From a virus (taxonomy: Duplodnaviria; Caudoviricetes), in IMG/VR virus record IMGVR_UViG_3300014656_006066, positions 1 to 54,889 of that record: 54,889 nt of DNA; one strand, given 5' to 3'. The notes under the pieces were generated by a model. That model did no database searches, had not been told where the DNA came from, and saw only the letters and a list, made by a program, of their open reading frames with translations. Shown here piece by piece: positions 45,418-53,662 of this stretch. The translations under genes and the position numbers were made by a program. Each line of letters starts with the position of its first letter. The stretch's first letter is position 1.

Positions 45418-45810
45418 TTACTCCTCGTCGACGGGAGGAATGAAATCGGACTTCTTCTTGGGCTCGACGGCGTTGAAGAAGTCGAAGGATTTTTCACGGA
45501 ACTTTTTGAAGGCGGACTCGAAAGCCTCGACCTTCTCCTTAAGCTTGTCGCGCTCGGTCTCGACCTTGGCCAGCTCCGCCGCTATCCGGTTCGTTTCCTC
45601 GACGACGACCTTGATCGCCTCGTCTTTGCCGACATACGCGGTAGCGTTGCCGATACATCCTCGGCGGTGACCTATCCATTCACTCACCATGAAGATACGG
45701 GGATCGACCCCGCCGCTCCCGCCCGACATCTTGATCTTGTCCTGGTTCTCCTCGATCTTGCGAAGCTCTTCGAAACGCTCGACGGAAATGGTTACGGTAT
45801 CCTCGGCCAT
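45418..45810 (-). CDS. hypothetical coiled-coil protein
   Basis: TAAGGAGG RBS; lies between two tRNA-like RNAs. Confidence 0.65.
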   Translation of the reverse strand: MAEDTVTISVERFEELRKIEENQDKIKMSGGSGGVDPRIFMVSEWIGHRRGCIGNATAYVGKDEAIKVVVEETNRIAAELAKVETERDKLKEKVEAFESAFKKFREKSFDFFNAVEPKKKSDFIPPVDEE

Positions 45811-45855
45811 GCTGGCCCTCCTTAGGTTTTTCTGCCTCCGCATACGCGGTGGCTA

Positions 45856-45967
45856 TGGGAGCGGCGGGATTCGAACCCGCGTTACGGCGCGGCGGGTGGC
45901 TTGCCCTAGGCGGGCGGCGCTGCCGAGCGACGAAAACACCGCGTGCTAACCTCTGCACTACGCTCCC
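45856..45967 (-). ncRNA. tRNA-shaped RNA (Glu-TTC-like) with a 47-nt anticodon loop
   Basis: Acceptor GGGAGCG/CGCTCCC, D arm GTGC-AGAGGTTA-GCAC, stem CGGTG/CGCCG, T arm GCGGG-TTCGAAT-CCCGC. Confidence 0.8.
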
Positions 45968-46235
45968 TCGCGTCCCGTCTCGCCGGGACCACGCTCGCCG
46001 GATATAGCGCCGGGCTTCGCTTATCTTTCGAGGCTCGTAGCCTCTAGCCGCGGACGGCGGCTTATACGGTTGAATTGGCGTGTTTTAGGGCTCGCCAGCC
46101 CGGCTGGACTTCCAGGTCATCTTTCTCCTTGTTATTCGCTCTTCGCGGTTACTGGGTTGTTGCCGCCGGATCTCGGCGGTGCTGTCCAGGGCCTCGAACC
46201 CTGCGCACGCCCATATCGTCACGGTGTTCATGTGG

Positions 46236-46418
46236 TTACTTCTTCCTGTAGATATTCAGGCCGACCGTTACCGGACCGTCATCGGTCTCGACTGCGATGT
46301 TGCCGCTCGTTGTTGAAATGACCATGGATTTCCCGGACTTGCTCGGCTCGCCCTCGACGGACAGGTCAACCTCGATGGTGAGCTTCTGGCCCTTGACGGT
46401 GATCTTCGGAGCGGCCAT
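46236..46418 (-). CDS. small hypothetical protein
   Basis: PSKSGKSMVISTTSGN...GLNIY. Confidence 0.7.
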   Translation of the reverse strand: MAAPKITVKGQKLTIEVDLSVEGEPSKSGKSMVISTTSGNIAVETDDGPVTVGLNIYRKK

Positions 46419-46419
46419 A

Positions 46420-46683
46420 TCAGATTTCCCCCGCGATCGCCGATCGGGGGATCGGATCAGCGCCCTGGTCGCGTTCGATCTCGTCGATTGACCTGACCCG
46501 GAGCCCGTCGGCAGGCTGAGCGGCCTGAGCGATCGGGCCGCCCGGGTTCTCGAGCTTGTCGATCCTCGAGTGCAGCGCGGCCATGTCGTTGAGTAGTTCG
46601 TTCGGCACGTCCGCGTCCATGTCGATCTCGTGCATAATGGCGACCTCGATCGCGGCCTTGATGGCGGTTAGTTCTACGCGCAC
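46420..46683 (-). CDS. hypothetical protein
   Basis: Tightly packed in the operon. Confidence 0.5.
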   Translation of the reverse strand: MRVELTAIKAAIEVAIMHEIDMDADVPNELLNDMAALHSRIDKLENPGGPIAQAAQPADGLRVRSIDEIERDQGADPIPRSAIAGEI

Positions 46684-46685
46684 GC

Positions 46686-46862
46686 TTACTTCCCCTTCCT
46701 GTACTCGTCGATCCAGGTGCCGATACGTTTCTCCGTGGCGGCCGAGGCGTCGAACGTCTTACCGCGGCCGCGCGGCAGCTCGATGTCGAGCGCGTGACAG
46801 GCCTTGCGGACGACGGCGATCGGAACGCCCTTCTTCTCAGCGATCTGCTTACAGGTGGCCAT
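46686..46862 (-). CDS. small HTH-like protein
   Basis: TCKQIAEKKGVPIAVVRKAC; AAGGAGG RBS. Confidence 0.6.
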   Translation of the reverse strand: MATCKQIAEKKGVPIAVVRKACHALDIELPRGRGKTFDASAATEKRIGTWIDEYRKGK

Positions 46863-46912
46863 ACCGTGGCCCTCCTTCTCTGTTCGATTCACGCGTCCCT
46901 ACGGGCGCGGGT

Positions 46913-47332
46913 TTACCGTTGCCCCTCAGCGCAGTACCGATACTCCCGGGCGATCCTCTGGCGATCGAGCCGCGCCCGTTCTTGATGCTCCTCCCGGACC
47001 TGGCGCTCGAGCTGGCGGCGGGCCTTGCGGCGTTTCCCCGCATTCGCCGGACCGAACAGGGCGAACGGGACGAGCTCGGTTTTCGGGGTGCGGCGCATTT
47101 TCTTGATGAGCTTGAATCCGGCGCGGCCGGGGCGGCTGGCCTTCTTCGTACCCTTGCGGCCCGAGCCGCCAGCGCCCGTCGCCTTGCTCTTGAACCGGCG
47201 GACGTGACCGATACCAGCGCGCTCACGGCGACGCTCGTATACGTTCCGGCTCGCCTCCGCGCCGAACATGGCCGCGATCGCCGCGAACAGTCCGATCCTG
47301 GCGAGGGCGCCGTGCTTCTGCATGCTTCCCAT
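46913..47332 (-). CDS. very basic hypothetical protein
   Basis: AAGGAGG RBS upstream; Arg/Lys-rich. Confidence 0.5.
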   Translation of the reverse strand: MGSMQKHGALARIGLFAAIAAMFGAEASRNVYERRRERAGIGHVRRFKSKATGAGGSGRKGTKKASRPGRAGFKLIKKMRRTPKTELVPFALFGPANAGKRRKARRQLERQVREEHQERARLDRQRIAREYRYCAEGQR

Positions 47333-47453
47333 ATTTCATGCCTCCTTTAGTGATGCCCGACGTATTTACGCCAGGCCGAGACGAGTACCCAGGCGCCGAA
47401 CGCGACAGCGCACGCGATGAGTAGCGAGATTAGGACTAGGCGGGGGATGAGGT

Positions 47454-47885
47454 TCATGCCTGTCGCCGATCGGTGATGACGATGCCGTCAAGGTGTTCGT
47501 ACTCGTGCTGGATGCAACGGGCAAGAAGGCCTGCGGCGTCGAGAGAAAAAGGCCGCCCCTTCTTGTCTAGAGCGCGAATAAAAACGCCCGTCGGCCGGCG
47601 AATAGGTACGAACAAGCCAGGGAATGAGAGACATCCTTCTTCGCTTAATTCGGTGTAGTGATGATCGAATCCGATGATCTCTGGATTAACGAATACCCTC
47701 GGCTTGTCTCCGGGGACGTCGGTTACGAACACGCGGAGGGAGTACCCGACCTGAGGCGCGGCAAGCCCGACGCCGTGGTTCTTGCGCATGAGACCGAACA
47801 TCGCGCGTATGAATCCGAACGGAAGGGGGCCTGTAGCAGGCTCGGCTTTCTGCCTGAGCACGATATCGGTGAGTAGTAGGTTCAT
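47454..47885 (-). CDS. def: peptide deformylase
   Basis: GVGLAAPQVG, EGCLS, QHEYEHLDG. Confidence 0.95.
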   Translation of the reverse strand: MNLLLTDIVLRQKAEPATGPLPFGFIRAMFGLMRKNHGVGLAAPQVGYSLRVFVTDVPGDKPRVFVNPEIIGFDHHYTELSEEGCLSFPGLFVPIRRPTGVFIRALDKKGRPFSLDAAGLLARCIQHEYEHLDGIVITDRRQA

Positions 47886-48076
47886 GCGCTCACCGCCGGA
47901 CGCGCCGCCGCGAGTAGAATCGACTGCGCTGTCTCGGGCGCTAGGATCGCGTTCAGGACGAGGCAGGTTGTTCCATCCGCGTACGTGACGCGGACGCCGT
48001 TCGCCTTCTGGTCGAGCGCGGTCTCGCCGTGCATGTAGTGCTCCACGCGGTCTCTCATTTTTGGGTTCTTGCTCAT
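47882..48076 (-). CDS. hypothetical protein
   Basis: AAGGAG RBS, ATGA overlaps. Confidence 0.55.
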   Translation of the reverse strand: MSKNPKMRDRVEHYMHGETALDQKANGVRVTYADGTTCLVLNAILAPETAQSILLAAARPAVSA

Positions 48077-48300
48077 GACGGTTCTCCTTTTCTGGCGGGT
48101 GGGTGGTTCGCGCGCCAAGCGGCGAGAGTCGCGATTACTTGCTCTCGCTCCTCGTCGGTGACGGGGGTAGCTTCAGGGGCGGGGGGGACGTACTCGAGGC
48201 CGACCATGCGCTGGAACTGCGCGGGGGTCATGGCATGATCCTTGACGGCGAGGCGGAGCTCGCGGACGTAGGTCGCGGGGAGGGTGGGGGCAGCGGTCAT
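48073..48300 (-). CDS. hypothetical protein
   Basis: ATGA overlaps. Confidence 0.55.
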   Translation of the reverse strand: MTAAPTLPATYVRELRLAVKDHAMTPAQFQRMVGLEYVPPAPEATPVTDEEREQVIATLAAWRANHPPARKGEPS

Positions 48301-48578
48301 AGTGGGAGCCTTGCGGCCTGCTCGGCCTCAGCGATTAGGGCGTCAATCTTCGCGATGGCCCGATCGCCAGGGACAACGCATTCGCGGAGGTCCCCGCCCG
48401 AGAGAGCGTGGCGTATGTACGCCGCGCCGATTTGGGCGGCCCGCAATAGCCGGTCATTCAGGGGTACATGATTCGCCTCGGCGCGCTCGAGGTCGGCGAA
48501 CAGAGGGCCGATGTCGGCCGGGGCCGTTGGCTTCGACTGAACCGACTTGAATACGGCGGGGATATTTATTTCGGGCAT
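48297..48578 (-). CDS. hypothetical protein
   Basis: GAGG RBS, coupled. Confidence 0.55.
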   Translation of the reverse strand: MPEINIPAVFKSVQSKPTAPADIGPLFADLERAEANHVPLNDRLLRAAQIGAAYIRHALSGGDLRECVVPGDRAIAKIDALIAEAEQAARLPL

Positions 48579-48781
48579 ATTGGGTACCTCTCCTCGGGGC
48601 CGGGCTGGCGAGCGCCCTGCTCGTCGAGGTAGTGGATGAGGGCTTCGACCGTAAGGGCAGCCATGCTCATGTATCGTTTCTTCTCAGCATGGAAGAACCT
48701 GAGGCGCCGGTTTACGTCGGGCGGGAGCGGAGTCATAGGGAGGCGTGTCGCCATTTCGCCGTCTTTGGTAGCGCGTGCCAT
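48566..48781 (-). CDS. RHH-like small regulator
   Basis: LPPDVNRRL...SMAALTVEALIHYL. Confidence 0.55.
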   Translation of the reverse strand: MARATKDGEMATRLPMTPLPPDVNRRLRFFHAEKKRYMSMAALTVEALIHYLDEQGARQPGPEERYPICPK

Positions 48782-48920
48782 GATTACGCCCGTATCCCGG
48801 CCAGGATCGCCCGATACTCGTGGACGGTCGGGAGGCGCCCAGCGTTGAGGCGGAATTCATGGACGGCGACCATGAGCGCGGTACGCCAGGCCGGGTGGGT
48901 CTCGGAACGGCTTGCGGCGC

Positions 48921-49544
48921 TCATACCCGGATCTCCCGCTCGATCGCGTCGATGATGACGAGGGCCTGAGCGTGGGTCGCGATCTCGCCTACCTTGTAGC
49001 GGCGAGTGATCGCGCGGACCGTCGTAATGAGGAGCCCGAAGCTGACCGCGATATCGTCGACGCGGACGGCCGAGCCGAGGTTGTAGAGGAACTTGCGTTT
49101 TTGTTCGAGGTACTTGGCGGAGGGTTTAGGGGTGGAACGGGCCGGGATCTGTAGCGGGGCCGGGGCGGCAGCCGCCGTGCGAGGGTCGAACCCGATTAGG
49201 AAGTCGAACCGCCGGGCGGCCTCGGCGGGGCCGTAGAGCCTTATAAGCCCGGTTATAAGGGCGCCCGAGGGGACGGCCGCGGGCGCCACGGGCTTGTAGT
49301 CATCGTGGCCCTTCGCGTTCTCGGCCAGGAGTGCGGCCATGGTGTGCTTGCCGCCCGCGTTGATGATAGCTAGGACTTCATTGAGCTGGAAATAGGCGGG
49401 TTTCTTCGTGGCCTCGGCTTCGGACATTTTGTCCGATAAACCGGACATTTTGTCCGATGCCTTGTTGATCCATCGCCGAATGGTCTTTTCATCCACCTCG
49501 CATAGGCTGGCGAGCTGGTGTGTGGTCATCGTCTGGCCGCTCAT
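48921..49544 (-). CDS. antirepressor/Rha-like HTH protein
   Basis: MTTHQLASLCEVDEKTIRRWI; second gene of the early operon. Confidence 0.55.
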   Translation of the reverse strand: MSGQTMTTHQLASLCEVDEKTIRRWINKASDKMSGLSDKMSEAEATKKPAYFQLNEVLAIINAGGKHTMAALLAENAKGHDDYKPVAPAAVPSGALITGLIRLYGPAEAARRFDFLIGFDPRTAAAAPAPLQIPARSTPKPSAKYLEQKRKFLYNLGSAVRVDDIAVSFGLLITTVRAITRRYKVGEIATHAQALVIIDAIEREIRV

Positions 49545-49741
49545 CGGGTGGCCTCAGCGGTAGAAGCGGTGTTCCGCCCGAAAGCACCTGAAATGTCTAG
49601 CCCGGCACTGGCGCCGCCCCGCTCTAGGATGTATGTTATCTCTTGAGAAAGGGAGCGGTGATTTTTGGCCGCATCGGCCTTGAGCTCCTTATACATTTCT
49701 TTGGAGACGCGGACGGAACAGATTTTATCGGTCGACGGCAT
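49541..49741 (-). CDS. Arc-family ribbon-helix-helix regulator (Cro-like position)
   Basis: SVRVSKEMYKELKADAAKNHRSLSQEITYIL. Confidence 0.85.
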   Translation of the reverse strand: MPSTDKICSVRVSKEMYKELKADAAKNHRSLSQEITYILERGGASAGLDISGAFGRNTASTAEATR

Positions 49742-49879
49742 TTAAAGGCCTCCTTGTTACTTACCGATACTTATATTGCAAGCATCCGTAGGTATTGTCA
49801 AGAGGCAAATTCACGATTTTATTGATTAAATGCTGACAATAGATTACAATGTAGGTATTAGTAGATAAGGGGGTATGCT
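49742..49879. promoter_or_regulatory. divergent switch promoters/operators
   Basis: - strand TTGACA-17-CAATAT; GTAGGTATT repeated at 49788 and 49851. Confidence 0.55.
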
Positions 49880-50158
49880 ATGAAGACTGAGAAGAACGGC
49901 GACAAGATTGTTTCGGTGAGAATGCCGGAGCAGATGTATTTAACCCTTACGAAGGATGCCGAGGACCAAGAGCGCTCGCTCGCCCAGGAGATTCAATTCG
50001 TCCTTAAACTAGGATGGGCTGCGAGGGCGCGAGAGCTTGATGTCATCGACGCAGCGGGCGATTATATTGATACCGGCCGTGGCGCAAGGGAGCCCCTGCA
50101 CTTAGTAGCAGAAAAGACAGGAGCATATACCCCGAAGGATGACGGCAAGACTGATTAG
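49880..50158 (+). CDS. Arc-family ribbon-helix-helix regulator (repressor position)
   Basis: SVRMPEQMYLTLTKDAEDQERSLAQEIQFVL. Confidence 0.85.
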   Translation: MKTEKNGDKIVSVRMPEQMYLTLTKDAEDQERSLAQEIQFVLKLGWAARARELDVIDAAGDYIDTGRGAREPLHLVAEKTGAYTPKDDGKTD

Positions 50159-50177
50159 CACGTGCCAGCGTCCAATA

Positions 50178-50405
50178 CTAAGCGCTGGCCTTACCGCATA
50201 GCCGCCCTTCGTTCTGGCGACTGAGATAATCCTCAATTTCGCATACCCTGAACCTTACCATGGTCCCATACTTAACGAACGGAATCTCCGGGGTAGCCCT
50301 TAGGCACATAAGCCTAAGGGTTCGCGCCGAGACGCCTATCATGGCCGCGGCCTCGATGGTGTTGATTTCGGTTACGATTGGCGGCAGTCTATTTGATTCT
50401 TTCAT
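50178..50405 (-). CDS. excisionase-like HTH_17 protein
   Basis: EAAAMIGVSARTL...IPFVKYG..VRF...IEDYL. Confidence 0.75.
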   Translation of the reverse strand: MKESNRLPPIVTEINTIEAAAMIGVSARTLRLMCLRATPEIPFVKYGTMVRFRVCEIEDYLSRQNEGRLCGKASA

Positions 50406-50545
50406 ATCGGGTTTCTCCTTAATGCTACCATAGCAGGAGCCACCAGAAATGCAAGAAATGAAATCTATTTCTAGTCGATAGAATTCTATCGCATCGGAAT
50501 ACCGCTTGTAGACAAATGTCTACAAGGGTTTTCGAGCGAATTCGC

Positions 50546-51265
50546 TCAAGTATTTTCGATTATGTAATTCGCCAGGTAGAACGACAGGCCGTTGCGTCCC
50601 TCGACATTCAGTTTCTTATATATGGACGACAACCGATTGTCAACGAACGAGGCGCTATGATCGCCGCTCAAAGCATCGGCGATCGCCTTAGAGTGAGAAT
50701 CAATAATAAAGAGGCGAATAATTTCTTTATCAATTTCGTCGGTTATGCCATTATTATTAAAGTCAAATACTGGTTTCATCTTCGCGCCGAGGGTGTCGTA
50801 GAAGAGGAGATAGATGAAACTAAAGATGATTATGTTGAATGCAAGCGGGGAGCTTATTGACTGAAAGTCTGCACTGTGGAAATAGGCAGAGATAGTGGTT
50901 ATAGTTATAAAAACAATTATCGACCCGACAACCTTTATTTTAAAATTACGGTTTAGATAATTATATGCGTATAAGTTGAGCAAGAAGATTCCGAAGAATA
51001 CATACCCGTATGAATGAACAGGATCGGAAACGATGTTTATCGCCGAGGATGCTGCAAGTGCGATCGGATGAAGAATCTTCAATCGTTCGAGTTGAGGGAG
51101 ATAGCATAGCGCCATCGGGACCGTTAAAATAAAGATCGCTGCGATATTGAAGGCTACTCCAAAACCGAAGCTGCCAGCGATCGCACTGTTGATGAGATTT
51201 TGAAGAATTGCAAACGCACCAACGATGGGGAAGAACAGCGCGATGCGTTCGAAATTCTTCTTCAC
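50546..51265 (-). CDS. multi-TM protein with C-terminal LuxR-type HTH
   Basis: About six TM segments; SKAIADAL...VDNRLSSIYKKLNVEGR. Confidence 0.8.
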   Translation of the reverse strand: MKKNFERIALFFPIVGAFAILQNLINSAIAGSFGFGVAFNIAAIFILTVPMALCYLPQLERLKILHPIALAASSAINIVSDPVHSYGYVFFGIFLLNLYAYNYLNRNFKIKVVGSIIVFITITTISAYFHSADFQSISSPLAFNIIIFSFIYLLFYDTLGAKMKPVFDFNNNGITDEIDKEIIRLFIIDSHSKAIADALSGDHSASFVDNRLSSIYKKLNVEGRNGLSFYLANYIIENT

Positions 51266-51275
51266 CCAGCACCCC

Positions 51276-51845
51276 TTAAAACCAGAAACTTAGCGCCTCC
51301 AGATCCCCCGCGAGCTCCGCGAGTTCAGGCGCCGGGTTATCGGCGAGGGTGTCCATAAGGCTCGCCCTCGTCGCCTCGAAATCCCACGCGCCGGATACAA
51401 GCGCGTTATACTCACCGCTCGCGCGGTCCTTCTCGATATCGGTCCGGTATCCCTGGACCATGTTGAGGGCTAGGAGCGCCATGCCGTGCGCTATCACGCC
51501 CTCGTCGCCGCCCTCGAATCCCGCGATCGACCGTAGCCTGGCGTATACGTCCAGGTCATCGGCCGCCTTGTGGTCGAACTGGAACCGGGCGAACCCGTCC
51601 TTGCTCGCCATGACGTACGTCGCCAGGTGCGCGAGAGCCGTACGCTCGGGATCGACGCATCCCGCTATGAACGGAATCGCCCCGATGATCCGCGCGGTCG
51701 TGGACCCCGATAAGCGCTTCGCCTCCGCGTCCGTCATCCTGAACGCCGCCGCGATCGCGGTCGTTAGCTCCATCCAGGTCGCCAAGAACCCGGATGCCGT
51801 GATGCCCTTACCCTGCGCCTTGGGCGCTACCATTGTGTCACTCAT
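51276..51845 (-). CDS. hypothetical helical protein
   Basis: 189 aa, co-oriented with LuxR and 10 bp from it. Confidence 0.7.
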   Translation of the reverse strand: MSDTMVAPKAQGKGITASGFLATWMELTTAIAAAFRMTDAEAKRLSGSTTARIIGAIPFIAGCVDPERTALAHLATYVMASKDGFARFQFDHKAADDLDVYARLRSIAGFEGGDEGVIAHGMALLALNMVQGYRTDIEKDRASGEYNALVSGAWDFEATRASLMDTLADNPAPELAELAGDLEALSFWF

Positions 51846-51894
51846 GCCCGAGAGGGTAGCACCTCGATTGTCTAAACGACAATCAATAATTCGA

Positions 51895-51931
51895 CTACGT
51901 AGATACTACGTAGAAAAATGGGTCTTGTCAA
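51895..51931 (-). promoter_or_regulatory. promoter overlapped by two CTACGTAG palindromes
   Basis: TTGACA-17-TAGTAT; CTACGTAG at 51895 and 51906. Confidence 0.65.
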
Positions 51932-51934
51932 GGC

Positions 51935-51970
51935 AAAAAAAAAGAGTTCGCCCCTTGAAAGGACGAACTC
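51935..51970 (-). terminator. intrinsic terminator
   Basis: GAGTTCGTCC..GGGCGAACTC followed by T9. Confidence 0.85.
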
Positions 51971-51997
51971 AATTGAAAACTGTCATATATACGCTAG

Positions 51998-52192
51998 TTA
52001 ATCAGTATCGGGCCACTCCTTGGTCTGGCTGGGCGATTTTACAATGATAATCTTCTCGCCCTCCTCATATATATCAACCCATGGCTCATCTTTGTCAAGC
52101 TTTCTTTTTTTAAGCATCTTCATCGCCAGGCCAAGGGACCAGGAGGTTCCGCCGCCGACGGGCGTCAGTCTTTTATGGTCTGTCAACTCCAA
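51998..52192 (-). CDS. AbrB/MazE-like small regulator
   Basis: KRLTPVGGGTSWSLGL...VDIYEEGEKIIIVK; GGAGGAGG RBS. Confidence 0.65.
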   Translation of the reverse strand: MELTDHKRLTPVGGGTSWSLGLAMKMLKKRKLDKDEPWVDIYEEGEKIIIVKSPSQTKEWPDTD

Positions 52193-52408
52193 AGCCCCTC
52201 CTCCGGGCGCGTTCTACTATATAACTACGTAGAAAGTACGTAAAGTATATGTAGGCGCGGCGCAACCTGTCAAGTAAAAAATCTACGTAGATATTATCCG
52301 GGATTATGGGGCATGGCAAGGGAAGAAATGGGAGGGGGGGGGCGGATAATGTGGACGAGGGAAAGAAGCAGGTTTACAATAAGAAATCTGAAATTCTAAG
52401 GAGAATAT

Positions 52409-53179
52409 ATGAAAAAGTCAATGAAATATTTTGTCTTCGGCTTACTGGGCCTTGGGGTCATCGGGGCTATCATTGAGAATGGATTCGGTGTTGCCCTTGT
52501 TCTTGCAGCGATAGTGTTGGTTGTGTTTATTGTCATTAAGCTACGAAATTTGCCGCAATCGGCATCCCCCGGAATGTCGCTTCCTGATAAAGATTTAGAA
52601 AAAGATGATTTCATCGACTGGGGCGATGCGAATCAATACCACGTTCTCAATGAAAATGTATCCATCACCTATCAAAACCAAAAAGGGCAAGTATCGGAGA
52701 GGAATATCACGATCGCAAACGTCCTACGGACAGGCGACGGGCAGCTTCTCGTTCATGCTCATTGCCACCTCCGGAATGCAAACCGTACCTTTTACGCGAG
52801 CCGGATCCAGAAGATGGAACGGGAGGGCCAGGAGGTTGATGTCGAATCATTCTTGAACGCCCTTATAGAAAACTCACCCGATCGTGTTTACGAGCGAATC
52901 GAAGAAAATCGCGAGGAAGAATTATTAGCACTCATGTATATCGCAAAGCTAGACGGGCGGCTAACGAAAAACGAGAGAGAAATCCTGGGTGTATATTTCG
53001 GCGTTGATCCTGATATTTTCCCATCTTTCGATATGACGGCCGCGACATATAAAAAGGTTATAAAAACAATTAATGCTTGGGATGAAGAAAAAAAGGCACC
53101 GCTTCGCGCTGCAATGATTCAGCTTATGGGGAAGAAGCCGGACGACATGAAAAAGGCGACGGTTGGAATGCTTAGGTAG
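52409..53179 (+). CDS. membrane-anchored WYL + TerB-like protein
   Basis: Two TMs; ITYQNQKGQVSER...HCHLRNANRTFYASRI; YIAKLDGRLTKNEREI. Confidence 0.75.
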   Translation: MKKSMKYFVFGLLGLGVIGAIIENGFGVALVLAAIVLVVFIVIKLRNLPQSASPGMSLPDKDLEKDDFIDWGDANQYHVLNENVSITYQNQKGQVSERNITIANVLRTGDGQLLVHAHCHLRNANRTFYASRIQKMEREGQEVDVESFLNALIENSPDRVYERIEENREEELLALMYIAKLDGRLTKNEREILGVYFGVDPDIFPSFDMTAATYKKVIKTINAWDEEKKAPLRAAMIQLMGKKPDDMKKATVGMLR

Positions 53180-53192
53180 AATAATATAATTA

Positions 53193-53522
53193 CTATATTT
53201 GCTCAACCTGCGAGCGGAATAAGGCTATCAGTGCAATGATTATAGCAACCACGGCCAAGGCAGTGTTCGTAATACTTAGATAGAAGTTGGTTCGTTCGCT
53301 TTGTTTTGTTGCCCGAAGCTCAAGTTCACCAATTATCATCGCGGCGATCTCCCGATCCTCGGCAGCTCTTGGCTTGTTATGAAGACTCTTCCCGCCTAAG
53401 ATCGAGAGATAATGTCGTAACTCTTTTGTATTGGCCAACCATATTTTAGAAAACCAACCTGGAAGTTCTTCAGTCCTTGAAGCCTCTTCGTCTTCTTCAT
53501 AGTGAGGATTAACATCTTTCAT
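53193..53522 (-). CDS. C-terminal TM protein
   Basis: GGAGG RBS; hydrophobic C-terminus. Confidence 0.6.
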   Translation of the reverse strand: MKDVNPHYEEDEEASRTEELPGWFSKIWLANTKELRHYLSILGGKSLHNKPRAAEDREIAAMIIGELELRATKQSERTNFYLSITNTALAVVAIIIALIALFRSQVEQI

Positions 53523-53662
53523 TATTAGCCTCCGGTTATTTCAAAACAATCATCCCTAATGACTGTCGCCAAATCGCCAAGCCAATAGGCATTATAACTG
53601 ATCGCACGTTGATTCGGTGGAAAATAATCCAAGACTCCAGGCTCGCCGCATCCGCGATTCCG

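Noticed and set aside
45256-45967. Ordinary decoding tRNA genes or group I intron-containing tRNAs
   Set aside because: Anticodon loops are 60 and 47 nt: too long for decoding and too short for self-splicing introns
51998-52192. Type II toxin-antitoxin pair
   Set aside because: A strong terminator follows the AbrB-like gene and no toxin motif is adjacent
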